A stretch of 59,024 nucleotides of DNA, counting the filler, from Bipalium vagum (taxonomy: Eukaryota): assembly GCA_037834085.1 (NCBI GenBank). It is 3 parts of 3 records of this genome, joined end to end, with 100 filler letters (N's around TTAATTAATTAA, not from the genome) between each part and the next. Parts side by side here need not be neighbours in the genome. Positions count along the whole stretch, not along the records: positions 1 to 26,960 come from JBBMKC010113317.1; 2 more parts are not named here. The stretch is one strand, 5' to 3'. Positions within the stretch are counted from its first letter, which is position 1. Every line of letters starts with the position of its first letter. This document shows, one piece after another, positions 13,001-25,072 of this stretch. A program made the translations under genes and the position numbers. The notes under the pieces were generated by a model. That model saw nothing but the letters and a program-made list of their open reading frames with translations, was not told the DNA's origin and made no database searches.

Positions 13001-14200
13001 ATTTCATCCTCCATAAACACCATCTTTCGCCGATCATCTGACGCTTCCTTATTAAGGCACACAAAAACAATTTAGCGCTTAATTACTGGCCTTTTAACCT
13101 CATCAAGAATCGTGCCATCATCTGCCGAAAATGCAATGATCATCCTCAGACGCAGGCGCACGTCCTCAATCATTGCAAAAGTCGACCATTTATGCCTACG
13201 ACCAAGCATAACACAGTCCTTTCGGCTGCTGCTGATTTTCTTCGTGACCTTCATTTTGATATGGCCCCTCCTTCACTTCGGACCACCTTGTGCTCGGATC
13301 TGGTCATTCGTCATAAAACAAAAAATGTCATCCGTATTCTTGACGTCAAAGTGCCTTATGTCAAAAACTTCTCGATCCATAGGGAGGCCAATCACCATAA
13401 ATACAGGTCCTTGGTCGACCAGCTGGCCACCAGCAGCCGCTCAACCGTACTCCTTGATGTACTTAATATGGACTCTCTAGGGTGCTGGGACCCAGCGAAT
13501 GACGGCCCGCTGAAAAAGATCGGCCTTAACAAAGACCAACGTGCGGCCCTCACTCACCGTCTTCTTACTAATGCCATCCGCGAATCGTTCCATATTTTTC
13601 TCAACCATGTGGCCTCTCCTAACACTTCTCTTAATGTACCTCCATCATAGCTCCAATATCTATCCGTTATCTATTTATTACTATTTATGTCTCCTATACT
13701 TATTTCATACTATTTCTTCCATATTGCCAAATACTCTCGAGACTTGCATACCTCTCCATCCTGTACTGTTTCCCTGCTCCACTCATATGTTTGTTGTTGT
13801 ATGTGTTGTGTAACCATAATGTCTATGTCCCTTTTTTTTGTGTTTCCATTATTTTAATTGTTATACCTCATGACTGATTAGTATGTAGTTTACCACAGTA
13901 ATCGCCGGTGCTCGTGTTCTCCTTGTATGTATGGCTTTGAAAGTTTCCCTGCTCTCTGTTGACAGATGTAGTCTTCATTGAAAGCAGAGATCATTTGGTC
14001 TCGATAATGAGCCCAATGTGGTTTATCCCAATCCCTGAATTGCACTAATGTTTAGCTTTAAGATTCTTCAGGGGTCACAAGTGGATCACATGGGCCACAG
14101 CCAGAGACTGGAGGCATGAAATGACATAAAGAATTATTGTATATATAAATCTGATTACTGTACACTGTACAGATGTGAAATGTTATAATAAATATACATT
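10010..14200 (+). mobile_element. Decayed NeSL-group (RLE-type) non-LTR retrotransposon with Ulp1-like protease
   Basis: GC-richer block. Contains a C2H2-like finger (CAHC...HIKQVH, ~10094-10165), protease motifs HWILFIVD (10520) and QGPTTDCG (10702), RT motifs SAPSEDG, WRSIAI, KQGCP, YADD (11972) and YLG, a CCHC knuckle CRKC-x8-H-x4-C (13123-13176), then KHN, SDL, DVK, HKY and SLGCW of an RLE; stop at 13650. Multiple stops and frameshifts; ends approximate. Confidence 0.9.
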
Positions 14201-14459
14201 ATTGTGTTTATGTAATAGAAATAATCAAATTCATTAATAATTATTGTTTAATTAATCAGAACTGAGAGAAAAGCATTATTTTGAAATAAAATTTGTATTA
14301 TGGAATTTCTTCTGGATAATAAGAACATGTTAAAGTATAAGAATTAAATTATAGATTAAAGCGTTTTTAATATAATTTAACTGAAATTAAATATTAAAAA
14401 TATATTATTATTTATTTTTTTATATTATTAAAATATTTAATTTTTATTACTTTTTTCAG

Positions 14460-14780
14460 TAAATGTAAATTCTTTAGCAAGAGGAATGCCTTATAATTTC
14501 ATAGATCAAAATGAGCAATCATGTCATTATATATCTAAAAAATATTATAAATCTCTGTGGGATGATTTATTGTTCATCCTTGGGTTCAGCTTAATATTTG
14601 AAAATACCATGCCATTGTCAGTGGTAAGGATTAGATATGGTTTTCCTGAAAAAATAAGAAATATTGATATCCAAGATTCAAGGGTCCATATCGCTCTTGA
14701 GCTGCTAACTGATTCGGGCTTTTACATTGGTTTTGATTATATTAATATTCCTAGAAAGTTGTGCGAGATTTACATATATG
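14460..14780 (+). CDS. Mosaic gene exon: F5/8-C / F-type-lectin-like domain 2
   Basis: tttcag|...|gtaata, phase 1-1. Starts NVNSLARGMP (cf. NLA-x-GK of FTP domains) and ends RKLCEIYIYG. Confidence 0.8.
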
Positions 14781-14887
14781 GTAATATTTTTCTGTTGTAA
14801 TTTTTTTCATGTTTCATAATAATAAATGCATAAACTGATTTGTTGTATAAGAAGTGTACTTGATATATATATATATATTGATTATAT

Positions 14888-15560
14888 TATCAGGTGGTCT
14901 CAAAAGTTATGTCGTTATTTTAAAAAATTTTTATGATAAAACAAAATATACTTAACTTAAAATATACACACGTACATTAATCACAAACATAATCACCATT
15001 ATGTTCAACAATGTCACTTCATTTACAATAGAATTTCATTATGCCAGTCTTGTAAGTTTTCACTCCTGGAATCAAAAAGCTCCTGTACAGCGATATTAGC
15101 AGATTCATAAAAATTAATTCTTTTACGACTAAAAAAATGTGCAATGTCCGGACTATATGGAAGGTAGGTAAAAATCCCTAGTCAAACTCCTTAATTTTCT
15201 GGAGTGATTTCTTTGCGATGTGTGCTCGCGTGTTATCTGGAGAATGATTCCTTTTCTCTTTGCCAAGCTTGAAACCTAACCACAAAAAGACTTAAGCAAA
15301 CCGTTGTATACTATTCAGAATTGACTGTTCTTTGACTCTCTAAACTTGTCAATACAGTATGTTATTATAAGCTGAAGAAAAAGACAATTAATTTCTTTAC
15401 AGCACCACTGGACCGAAAAACTTTTGTTGTTTAGTATTTATACCCAATCAATAGATTACTAATTACTTACAAAGTCATACCAATAAATCTACGTGGCCAT
15501 CTAGTAAATCAAAATTGAACAATCTCCGTTAATTTTCTAATTATTCATTGATACTGAAAC
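14888..15560 (-). mobile_element. mariner relic (3' half)
   Basis: TIR-like atcaggtggtctcaaaagtt; YLPYSPDIA on the minus strand near 15150. Confidence 0.7.
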
Positions 15561-15966
15561 CACAGGTCAGTTCACAAAAGCTGGCTTAAAGCATCCAAAA
15601 AGATCTATAATACAGTAGTCCAAACTTACTCTTCTACGAAAGATCAGAAAAATACCAAAGGAATCAAAATGGTAATCTATTATTTCTCATATACCTTATT
15701 CCACCCCACTGTATATGATTAGTATGAGCTGTCATGCCAAATTTAAAAATTATATGTGAAATAATATTAAATTTAAATACATAAATTAAAGTAAAACAAA
15801 ATAAGAATAACAAATTTTTAAGATTTTTTAAAATTTTCATGTTTTGCTCATTTTTTGAAATATTTATGTTTTGAGAGATAAATAACATCATGGGTTTGAA
15901 ACCTGTTCAGGTTAATATGTTATTTTTTATTTTTAAAATTGATATTATTATAATAACTTTCTTCAG

Positions 15967-16254
15967 TAAGGGGCTCCATGGATAGTGACACTAAAATTAG
16001 AACTCTGTTTGATTACATTGGAGATTTGGATATATCAGCTTCTGGAAAACCTTGTCTGCCATGGTATGATGCTATGGATGCAAATATATATATTTTTCCT
16101 GAAGGAAGAAGTGACAGACTATCAACCGAAATTATTAAATACCAAATAGCAAATAAATGTCGCTCACTATATAAAGAAAATTTTATCCCCGTCACATCAG
16201 GATTGTCGTGTTACACTGATCATTATTTTATTGAAAATTGTGATTTAAGATCAG
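15967..16254 (+). CDS. Mosaic gene exon: divergent 4-Cys kringle 4
   Basis: cttcag|...|gttaat, phase 1-1. DYIGDLDISASGKPCLPW...NKCRS...LSCYT...ENCDLRS; first and last kringle Cys absent. Confidence 0.85.
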
Positions 16255-16844
16255 GTTAATGAGGATTTACATTTATGATATTTCACACTTTATAAACTGC
16301 CTTAGTTGTATTTCTGTTCATAAATTTAATTTATTATTAAGTTTTTTTGAATTTTAACTGAAATTTGAATTAATTTCATTATTATTTAATTAAATCTGTA
16401 ATTTGATTGGTCGAGTCCTTCGATAAATATGGAAATGGTTCAAAACCATATTACAATGTTAATTGTTTCATAAACTCTTGAATTTTTTTTAAAGAAACAC
16501 CTGAATGATATAATAAAATCATTTAATTATTTTAAAATTCTATTTAGTGACGCATTTCAATTACCGTAAAAAATAAAGACGAAATTCAATTTTAATTTTT
16601 TAAATTTAATTAATTTTTTTCTTATTTAAATTTTAAAATAATTAAAATTTTATTAATTGGAAAGATATTTTTTGAAAATATATAAATAATCTTATGAAGC
16701 CTCACATAAAATAATCTTATTTTTGATTAAACAACTTTTTTACCTAAACCTTTTTACAATTTTTTGCATGTTTGCTGTTTCTTAATATTTTATTTTATTT
16801 ATATTCAAAATATATTCTGTCATAAATTTTAATATTGTAAGTAT

Positions 16845-19050
16845 TCCCGGAAAACCGGCCAAAAATATGTAAAAACATTTATCTGTAAAGAAACTCGGTT
16901 AGCCGGTAAATTCGGTAAATTTAAAAACAAAAAGTATTATTATTTAAATTTGAATTAAAAGGGGTTTGTCACTCAATTTTTTTAAGAATTTAATTAAATA
17001 TAAACGCAATTGTTTTACTGCAGCTCAAAATAAATGAAGTTTTTTTCTTTAAATATTTATCCATGTCAAAAAATCTTGCTACTAATTTACCATGGATCTA
17101 TTACAAGAAATCATTTGATGGAAAATTTGGAATATGTACAATAAAAAAAAGTGCTACCTTAATTCAATTTAAAGGAGGTTCAACATTGAGATTACATAAT
17201 CGTTTAGAAAGTCGACAAGAGATCAATATATTAAAGTGAGATAACATGACAGGAATTAATGAACTGTTACCTAAATCTAACAATCTAATAAAAAACCACA
17301 AATTACTTTTCTAAAATCATTGACAATTCTTTGGATGCAATAGTATCTCGAATTCTTGTCTTAGATAGTGTTCCTCTCAGAACATTTGTAAATTCAAAAG
17401 ATTTAAGATTTTTACTCTTCAGTCGTGATCATTTACTACCAAAATCAGTCAAAACGATTAGAAGCTTTGCTTTCATTTATTCAGAAAAGGTTACAGGAAG
17501 GTTTAAAATATAATTAAACTTTTTCTCACATTTGACGAAAATCGTTATGCAATCGTTGCTACTTAAATATTAATATTCAAAATTGTTCTCAATTCTACAA
17601 TATTTGATTACTTAGCATAGAAGAATCCATGTCTGCAGAAAAATGTAAACCTGTTTGAGAAGTTATTTAAATTTGGATTACGTATCGATCAATATATCGG
17701 TATTAAGAGTGACAGAGAGGCAGTGATAAAAAAAACTTGGCGAGTTGGTGAAGGCTGAACATCAATTATGTTTGGCTCATAGGATTCAGTTAGCGGTAGA
17801 AGATGTTTTATATGGAAATGCTAAAAAATTGCATTTAGCTTAGAATGAGCTTTTAACCATCAAGATGGCGTAAGTGTGCATAGTGATGAGGATTGTGAAT
17901 CCATTGGAGACTTGTCAAAAGAGAAAATAACGACTTCAGGTGCTATGAAAAATTTGATATTTTCCATGAAAAGACAGAAGCTGATTCTGAATTGAAAATG
18001 AATATCAAAGTTGGTAATTTCCAAAGTTAGGAAAACCGTGAATATGTGTCGAAGCTCCCTAGTAAAAAATGATAAAATCTTGAAAAAGTATGTTAAAGAT
18101 GAGTTTGGAAAGGCTTTAGTTTTAATAATGGATAATAAAACTAGATGGGATAGTTTATTTGATATTCTAGATAGATTTATTATGTTAAAAATTGTGTGAG
18201 TAAAGGTCTAATTGATTACTACAATTTATTACTACAAGAGGAAATGACATTTTATCGCAGACTTCATTTATTAAAAATTGCTTTAAAGAGCTTTGTTCTC
18301 TTAGTAAAGATTTATACATTGCCGATGTCGTACAAAAAGTTATGTTGGACGAGTTGATTTCTCAAAATAGAACTCTGAACAATGCTCTTAAGAAAAGATT
18401 GATTGAGCAAATAAAATGGAGAAGTGCAAATAATTCAAATATATTTTCATATTTGAATAAACCGAAGAATGTAATAACAACAGGAAGAGATTATGATATT
18501 TTAATAAGATTAATAGCAAAAAAGAAATTGCATAAGAAATAGCTTTCTAAATTAAAAATTCATCAGGTGATGATGTAATTACAAATAATCCCAATATTAT
18601 CGTATAATGTAATGAGGACGTATATTCATATCAAACCATGTTAACAATGCAAAAAAGACTAAATTTGACAATTGAACAAATAAGAAAGCAATCATTATCA
18701 AAGGAGAGAGATGTGAGATAAATTGAAAATTAGTCAGGAAATGTAATTCATTGGTAAGAGAAGTCCATGCGCATGTGAAGGATTCCGGGTTCCAATCCCG
18801 GTATCTCCGATTAATTTTCAACAATCATAATAATACAGGAAATGAATTATTTTGAAGCCGTTATCAGCAGAGAAAAATATTTAAAACTTGTTTAAGTACA
18901 GTTCAGCCTACAAGTGTAGAATAGGAACGGAGGGATGCAGCGGGAACATTTTGTACAAAAATTCATTTCAGATTAAATGATAAATCACTAGGCGCCTTTT
19001 GCTTACTGAGAGTACATTTTCAACGAGTACAAGAGTGAGGGAAAATTATT
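16845..19050 (+). mobile_element. hAT DNA transposon relic
   Basis: BED-finger-like start (~17090, WIYY...C...GGST), HQLCLAHRIQLAV (~17760), DNKTRWDSL (ORF 18011), dimerization region SVE*ER...RLNDKSL (~18910-18990). Many stops. Confidence 0.85.
18737..18809 (+). pseudogene. tRNA-Ala-like pseudogene / tRNA-derived SINE head inside the hAT relic
   Basis: ggaaatgtaattcattggtaagag...gcgcatgtgaaggattccgggttccaatcccggtatctcc: acceptor stem ggaaatg/tatctcc, perfect T-stem ccggg/cccgg, A-box-like TGGTA. Resembles eukaryotic tRNA-Ala; anticodon stem is degenerate. Confidence 0.7.
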
Positions 19051-19377
19051 TATCTGAATAAATTGAGATTGTTTTTTAAAATATAAACTTTTCCTTAAGA
19101 AATTAAAGTTATTTATTTTTATTTTATTTACAAAGTATTAAAAATGCATCAATAAACTTTCAAATAAAAGTGGATTTTATTTATTTATCTATTTATAATT
19201 TACAGAAAAATAAAGTGTACAGATAAATAAATTGATTAACCTAATTGGAAATCTACTAAAACACCTTATAAAAGCACCTAACAATATTATTTTACATAAT
19301 ATCTTTCTTTATTGTTTTAAATATATTTGGTTTTCTCTCTTTTCTAACTTCCTTCTCATTGTAATTAAAATATTTAG

Positions 19378-19650
19378 CGGAATCCCGATCCTGCTTAATG
19401 CCTGAGGATGTGGAAATGGAATATAATATTTATCAAGGATCAGTAAATAAGACAAAATCTGGTAAAAATTGTTTGTTTTGGCTAAACCTAAAATTACCGT
19501 TGGAATTGATAATGAAAATTAACAGGTTAAAGTTATATCCAGGATTGAGTATGGCTAATAATTTTTGTCGAAATTTTGGAGAAACTTTTTATCCTTGGTG
19601 TTATATAAATACAAATTACGAATGGGAGTTTTGTGATGTGAATAGATGTG
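19378..19650 (+). CDS. Mosaic gene exon: kringle 5 (6 Cys)
   Basis: atttag|...|gttagt, phase 1-1. SCL...YQGSVNKTKSGKNCLFW...NNFCRNFGETFYPWCYINTNYEWEFCDVNRC, the most canonical kringle in the gene. Confidence 0.93.
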
Positions 19651-21383
19651 GTTAGTTTTATTGTCAACTTTTAGATAATTATATATATAATTTTTAAATT
19701 CCATAATATTTATATAAAAAACTTCATATATTTCGTTTCTCCTGACATCAACGTCAAATTCCTAAGTGCAGAATTTTGATAGAATTGATTAATGGATCTT
19801 GACTCCGTTTTACCATGCCGAAATTTGTAAATCACACAATGCCTTTTGTGATATTCACTCGGTATTTTGTTGTCATTCCAAGAGATTTAAGTCCGCTAAT
19901 TTTTTGCCTATAGTATCAGGTCCTTGTTGGAAAGATGGCAGATGATTTTTTTATTAATGATGATGAATAAATAATTGATTGATACTATTTTTTATTAAAT
20001 GTTATTTTAAAACTTTGATTTTTGGTCTTTGTTTTCTTTTTGGGACTTCTAATAATTGAAAAATATTTATTGATTAAGTTTCAAAAAATCGAAAAAATTG
20101 TTTTAATATATTTAAACAATTTATTAATTGATTGAATATAAATTCTTAAGAAAATGACATTATCCGTTGTCGACCTGATATTATGATTATCATTTATTAA
20201 ATTTTAAATTTCATTAAAGTTATATTTTTTAAATTTATTTAATTTCATTATAAAATTTCTTTTTTCAAATTGAAATTAATTTAAAATTAAACATTCACTT
20301 TACTTGACGATAATCCTAAACAAGTTTGATAAATTTGATGTGACACAATTCGTTTCCATTGATCCTTTTTTTCCCTAAAATATCCACAGGTAGTTGTCAA
20401 TCCAATCCATGGTGCTTTCCGGTGGTTTACCTTTTTAGCTATTGTCTGTTAACTGTGAAACAATACCTCTAATATTTTTAATTAAGATAAAAAAATTAAT
20501 CAGGATTAAAAAAATATCATAAAATTAAAATTTTTAAAATTTTTAAAAGATAATTTTTAAAATTTTTAGATACTACTAGTAATTATTATTTATTATTGTT
20601 GTGTCAATTTTTCAATTTTAAAATCTTGTTTAACTTGACATGTTTTCTTTTAATAAAATAAGTCTTATAATTGTCTTTATATTTGTAATAGGTTCCTGTT
20701 AAGTCTCTTAAATAAAGATGGATCAGGTTAAGGGCTTAACGGTAGAAGGTTTTATCCGGTAACGAATAATGATTTTTAATCGACAGATGGAAAATAACTG
20801 AGACACAATTTTCATATTATTTTATTGATATTAAATAACAAAATCTAATATGTGCAAATTACAAAGATCAGAGTGATTGTTGTAACAACAATCCTCAGTA
20901 AGAAAAGTTCCGAAAGTTTAAATTAATTAAAGTTCAGAATCTTTTCGTACTAATATAAAAATCTTCTTATTTACTATTTTGTTTTTTTAAAATATTTTTA
21001 TATACATATATTTTTGCTTAATAATGACAATAATAATTATTAATTTTTATCATTTATATTTGGAGAAGAATTCATTTACAATAAGAAATCAAAGAAAATA
21101 AATTATTTTTATTCAGAACCAAATAAAATATTGTCATTTTTGGAATAAATAAAAATTTTTTATTCACAATAAAGTATTATCCTTTTTGAGACTGATGAAT
21201 TCTCCACATTTCTAAAGATTGAGAATGTACCAAAATTTCCTTCCAACCTATGCCAAACTAAAATATTTTATCATACTTTTACGTCAACCATGCCGATCTG
21301 GAAAAAAACAAAATAAATTCTCCTCTTTTCAATAAGAAAAAAAATTAACATTAAAATAAATCTTTACTATTTTAATTTTTAAG

Positions 21384-21749
21384 CCGAAATATCAATACTG
21401 AGCAGTGCAAAAATTGAGCGCAACGGTTATTGGGAAAACATAGAAAATTTTAAAAAGATTTATGGTAATGATTGTCAAAATATAAAGTTCAGAACACTCA
21501 ATTTAACGTTTCCGTCAAAGGTTTCCATTAGTAAAATTTTTCTTAAAACCAAACCGTCCAAATTCATACTAGACCAACCTTCAATTGCCAACTTTTTCAT
21601 AACAATCAAAAACTATGAAAAAATGTTTTACTATGTAAAATGGATAAACATGTTCTCCTCATTCATTTCGTTTCCGACTTCTTTCTCCGAAAATTACGTT
21701 ATTTATAATACGAATTTAAACTTATCATTTTGCGAAATAAATGTTTTAG
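21384..21749 (+). CDS. Mosaic gene exon: F5/8-C / F-type-lectin-like domain 3
   Basis: tttaag|...|gtattt, phase 1-1, 366 nt open. EISILSSAKIE...DCQNIKFRTLNLTFPSKVSISKIFL...LSFCEINVLG. Not in the ORF track. Confidence 0.75.
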
Positions 21750-21860
21750 GTATTTTTTAATTATATTATTATTTGTTCATAAATTTATTTATTATTACTA
21801 TTTTAATTATTACATTACATTTCTGCATCATGATATTATTATACTTAGTTTACTATGATA

Positions 21861-22840
21861 TTAGGTGTCTGCATAATATTAGTCTATTTTTAACAGAAAA
21901 ATATTTTGATAAAAAGTTAATATATTATTTTTACATAACATAGGTACAAAAAATCAATCAGCAAATAAGATCCGTTGTTTTCGATCACGTTTTTATATCT
22001 TTCAGGTAATTGGCAAATTCCCGAACGATAGAATGATCGGTTTTCAAAGCAGTGAAATTGCCAAAAAATTCTTGAATCTCAGATACATTTTTGAAACGAT
22101 TTCCTGCTAAAAACTGTTTCATTGATCGAAACAGATGGTAATCTATAGGTCCAAGGTCCGAGGAATAAGCCGAATAAGCAATAACTTCCCAACCTAATTG
22201 TAAGATTGTATCCTGTGTACGTTTTGCCACATGCTGTCTAGTATTGTTGTAAGATGATTATATGAAATCTTTGACTTGAAAAAGGTCTTTTTTCCTTTAT
22301 TTTTTCAGCCAATTGCAACAACTGTTTGCTGTAATTTTCTGAATTAATGGTTTCACCAATCTAGAGAAAATCATAATAAATTGAACCTCTTATATCTCAC
22401 CAGATTCAAAGGGGCATTTTGCTGTGGATATTAACTTTTGCGGTTGAAGTTACGGGTACACCGGGGTCTATCCACGAATGAATGTGCTTTGGCAATCCAT
22501 TTTTCATCTCCAGTGACGATCTGCCATAAAGTCTTTTCTTGCCTATCAAGAAGCGACACGCATGTTGTTCAACGACATTAAATGTTGATTTCTAATAGTT
22601 CATATGGCACCCACTTTCGAACCTTCTAAATTTTTCCTAATCTATGTAACTACCTCCTAACAATTTCTTGATCGACTCCAAGCTGTTTTGCAAGTTCTTG
22701 TTTTTTGGCAGTATTCTCATAGAGCAGTTTTCCCAATCTCTTAGGGTGCAATATTCGTGAAGCACCAGTTCGAAGTAAATTGTTTACATCAAATTTTCAT
22801 TCCTTAAATCGGCAATACCAATATTTACATGTACTATACC
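21861..22840 (-). mobile_element. mariner relic
   Basis: TA+TTAGGTGT TIR; WEVIAYSAYSSDLGPIDYHLFRSM; IVTGDEKW; WVPYEL. Confidence 0.9.
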
Positions 22841-23958
22841 ATATTGTAAAAATGAATGTAGGTTAAGACACAGTTATGATTATTAAATTTGATTAATCTT
22901 AAATGTAGGCCACAGAATGACCAGTGAAACAATATAGAACGTGTGACATGTGACAAATTACATAAATTTTAAAGGCTAGCAAAATACGTGTCTACGAATC
23001 AATTATACAGGGTGCTAATTGAACCTCAACTCCCAATCCATCTTTGAGAAAATATTTCAATGAAAAATTGAGGAACTGCTACTTTCCAATGTGCAGGTGC
23101 CCTTCCTTGTTGTAAAAATGTATTTCTCAGAATTCTATGGCTTTTAAGGATAGATACAATATAATCTTTAAGCATCTGTAAATAATTTTCTGATTTCTCG
23201 GCTTACGATACAAAAAATAGGAACCATCTTATTTTTTGGAAGAGATCGCTATTCAAAAATTGACTTTTGCTAATGTTTTTCTAATTTCAGCAGAGTTTCC
23301 CGGATTATTGATTTTGTGGTATAATATTCCAAACACAAAAATTCTTTCTACTGCTGTCAACATACTGAAATTTATACAAACCCTTTTATCAATATTAAAA
23401 AAATTAATTAATTTTCTTACTTAGACTAAATAAATCTTCAATATTGAAATTACTATTATACAAGAAGAATTTATTTTAAATATTTTTATTTTGAAAGTAA
23501 TATTAAAATAATAAAAATAAAATATGAATAGACTTAACTAAAAAATATGTCAAAAGTTAGTATAATAGTGAGCAAAATTTTTGACATCCTTAAAAATCTT
23601 TATATTATTTATTGAATTAAGTTTAAAATGATATAAACTTATGTAAACTATAAATATTAATTAACTAAAGAATTTTTCACCCAAGTAATTAATTAGTTGT
23701 TTAAATATTCAATTTAATAATTTGCATAAGTTCAAAATTTTTGACACCCACACATATTTTAATTTAAAGTAAGTTATTTTGACGAGATATAAAATTTACA
23801 ATTTCCATGTATAGTTATTATATATAATATAATATAGTAATATATAATATTATAATATTTTATCATAATAAACTTGTAATGATTTACGAATAAGGCTTGT
23901 ATAAATATGAATTCAAGAAAGAAATTAAAATAATTATTGAATTTCACTGTATTTTCAG

Positions 23959-24294
23959 CGGACTCAAAACCGGAAACAGGAATAAATAATGATTATGAAA
24001 ATTACGTTAGCATTACAAAATTTGAGAAGCCTGGTTTTGTTAAGAATACAGCTGAAAGTTGTGGATTATGGTCAAAACTTCTCACAGGAACCAAATTAAA
24101 GAATGATTTAATTATAAACATAAAGTATATGATATCCGACTTACCAATCAATTCCATATCATCTAATTATCTTAAATACCTTAAAACGTCTTGTTTGAAT
24201 GTTTTTGTCAAAAATGAGCTCAGAGTGCTGAAGTCGGTTTGCATTTCCGATAAGTATAATTCTATTGTAAATTGCACAGAAGACGAATTTATGA
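23959..24294 (+). CDS. Mosaic gene exon: highly divergent 4-Cys kringle-like 6
   Basis: tttcag|...|gtaaat, phase 1-1. GFVKNTAESCGLW...TSCLN...SVCIS...VNCTE; Cys spacing matches kringle C2-C5. Confidence 0.7.
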
Positions 24295-24802
24295 GTAAAT
24301 TTCATTATACACAATAAAATATAAAAAATGAAAATTAAGAGCCGTTATTAATTCGAAAATAAGAATTCTTGCTATTATCACATTGAAATAAATAAACTTT
24401 GATGTGAAAATAGCAAATAATTGTTTTAATGAATAATGTAAGAAATTGAGACTCTGTCATTAATAGTTAGAGAGCTTTAGTTAATGTCATATTTAATGTC
24501 AAAACTGATATTTTAATGATTTAGTTAAGATTAAAACAAAATATTATCATTATTTTCATTTAAATGTTGCAGATAAAATATAATAATAATTTTGACCTAA
24601 AATTTAGACTTCGGAACTAAATACATTATAATTATTACCTTCTCACCCTGAAATAAAAGTTAAAAATTATTATTATAGTATCTCAGTCTTTTATCCAGAA
24701 TTCACTGGGAATTTTTAAGTGTAATTATTGATATTTTATATTTGATCAAATGAATATAATTTATACAAATATTAAATTAAACGTTGATATCCTCTTTTAT
24801 AG

Positions 24803-25072
24803 ATTTGACCAGATTTTGTTATGTATTAGAGGAAGACACTCATATTTTTTCATACACTGGTGATATAAGTACAACTAAAAAGGGTTTTAGTTGTCAGTTT
24901 TGGAATACAGATTTCCCAAATATTAGATCAAAACCTGTTGTTTATGTAGTACAGAAATATAATATAAACCATAATTATTGCAGATTTTTCCCGCACAGGT
25001 TCTACATAAAAGCTTGGTGTTATGTCGATGAGGTTTTTGAAAAACAAGATGAATGTGATATCCCAATTTGTG
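24803..25072 (+). CDS. Mosaic gene exon: kringle 7 (6 Cys)
   Basis: ttatag|...|gtaaga, phase 1-1. FCY...YTGDISTTKKGFSCQFW...HNYCRF...AWCYVD...ECDIPIC. Confidence 0.93.

Noticed and set aside
14145-14185. Hammerhead-like CTGA...stem...GAAA in the retrotransposon 3' UTR
   Set aside because: The core reads CTGATTA rather than CTGANGA, extra bases precede GAAA, and stems I and III were not found.
19730-21310. Alternative genetic code (TAA/TAG = Gln) suggested by stop-interrupted antisense frames
   Set aside because: Genuine exons in the window contain no in-frame TAA/TAG and ORFs end in TAA; C-to-T decay explains the stops.
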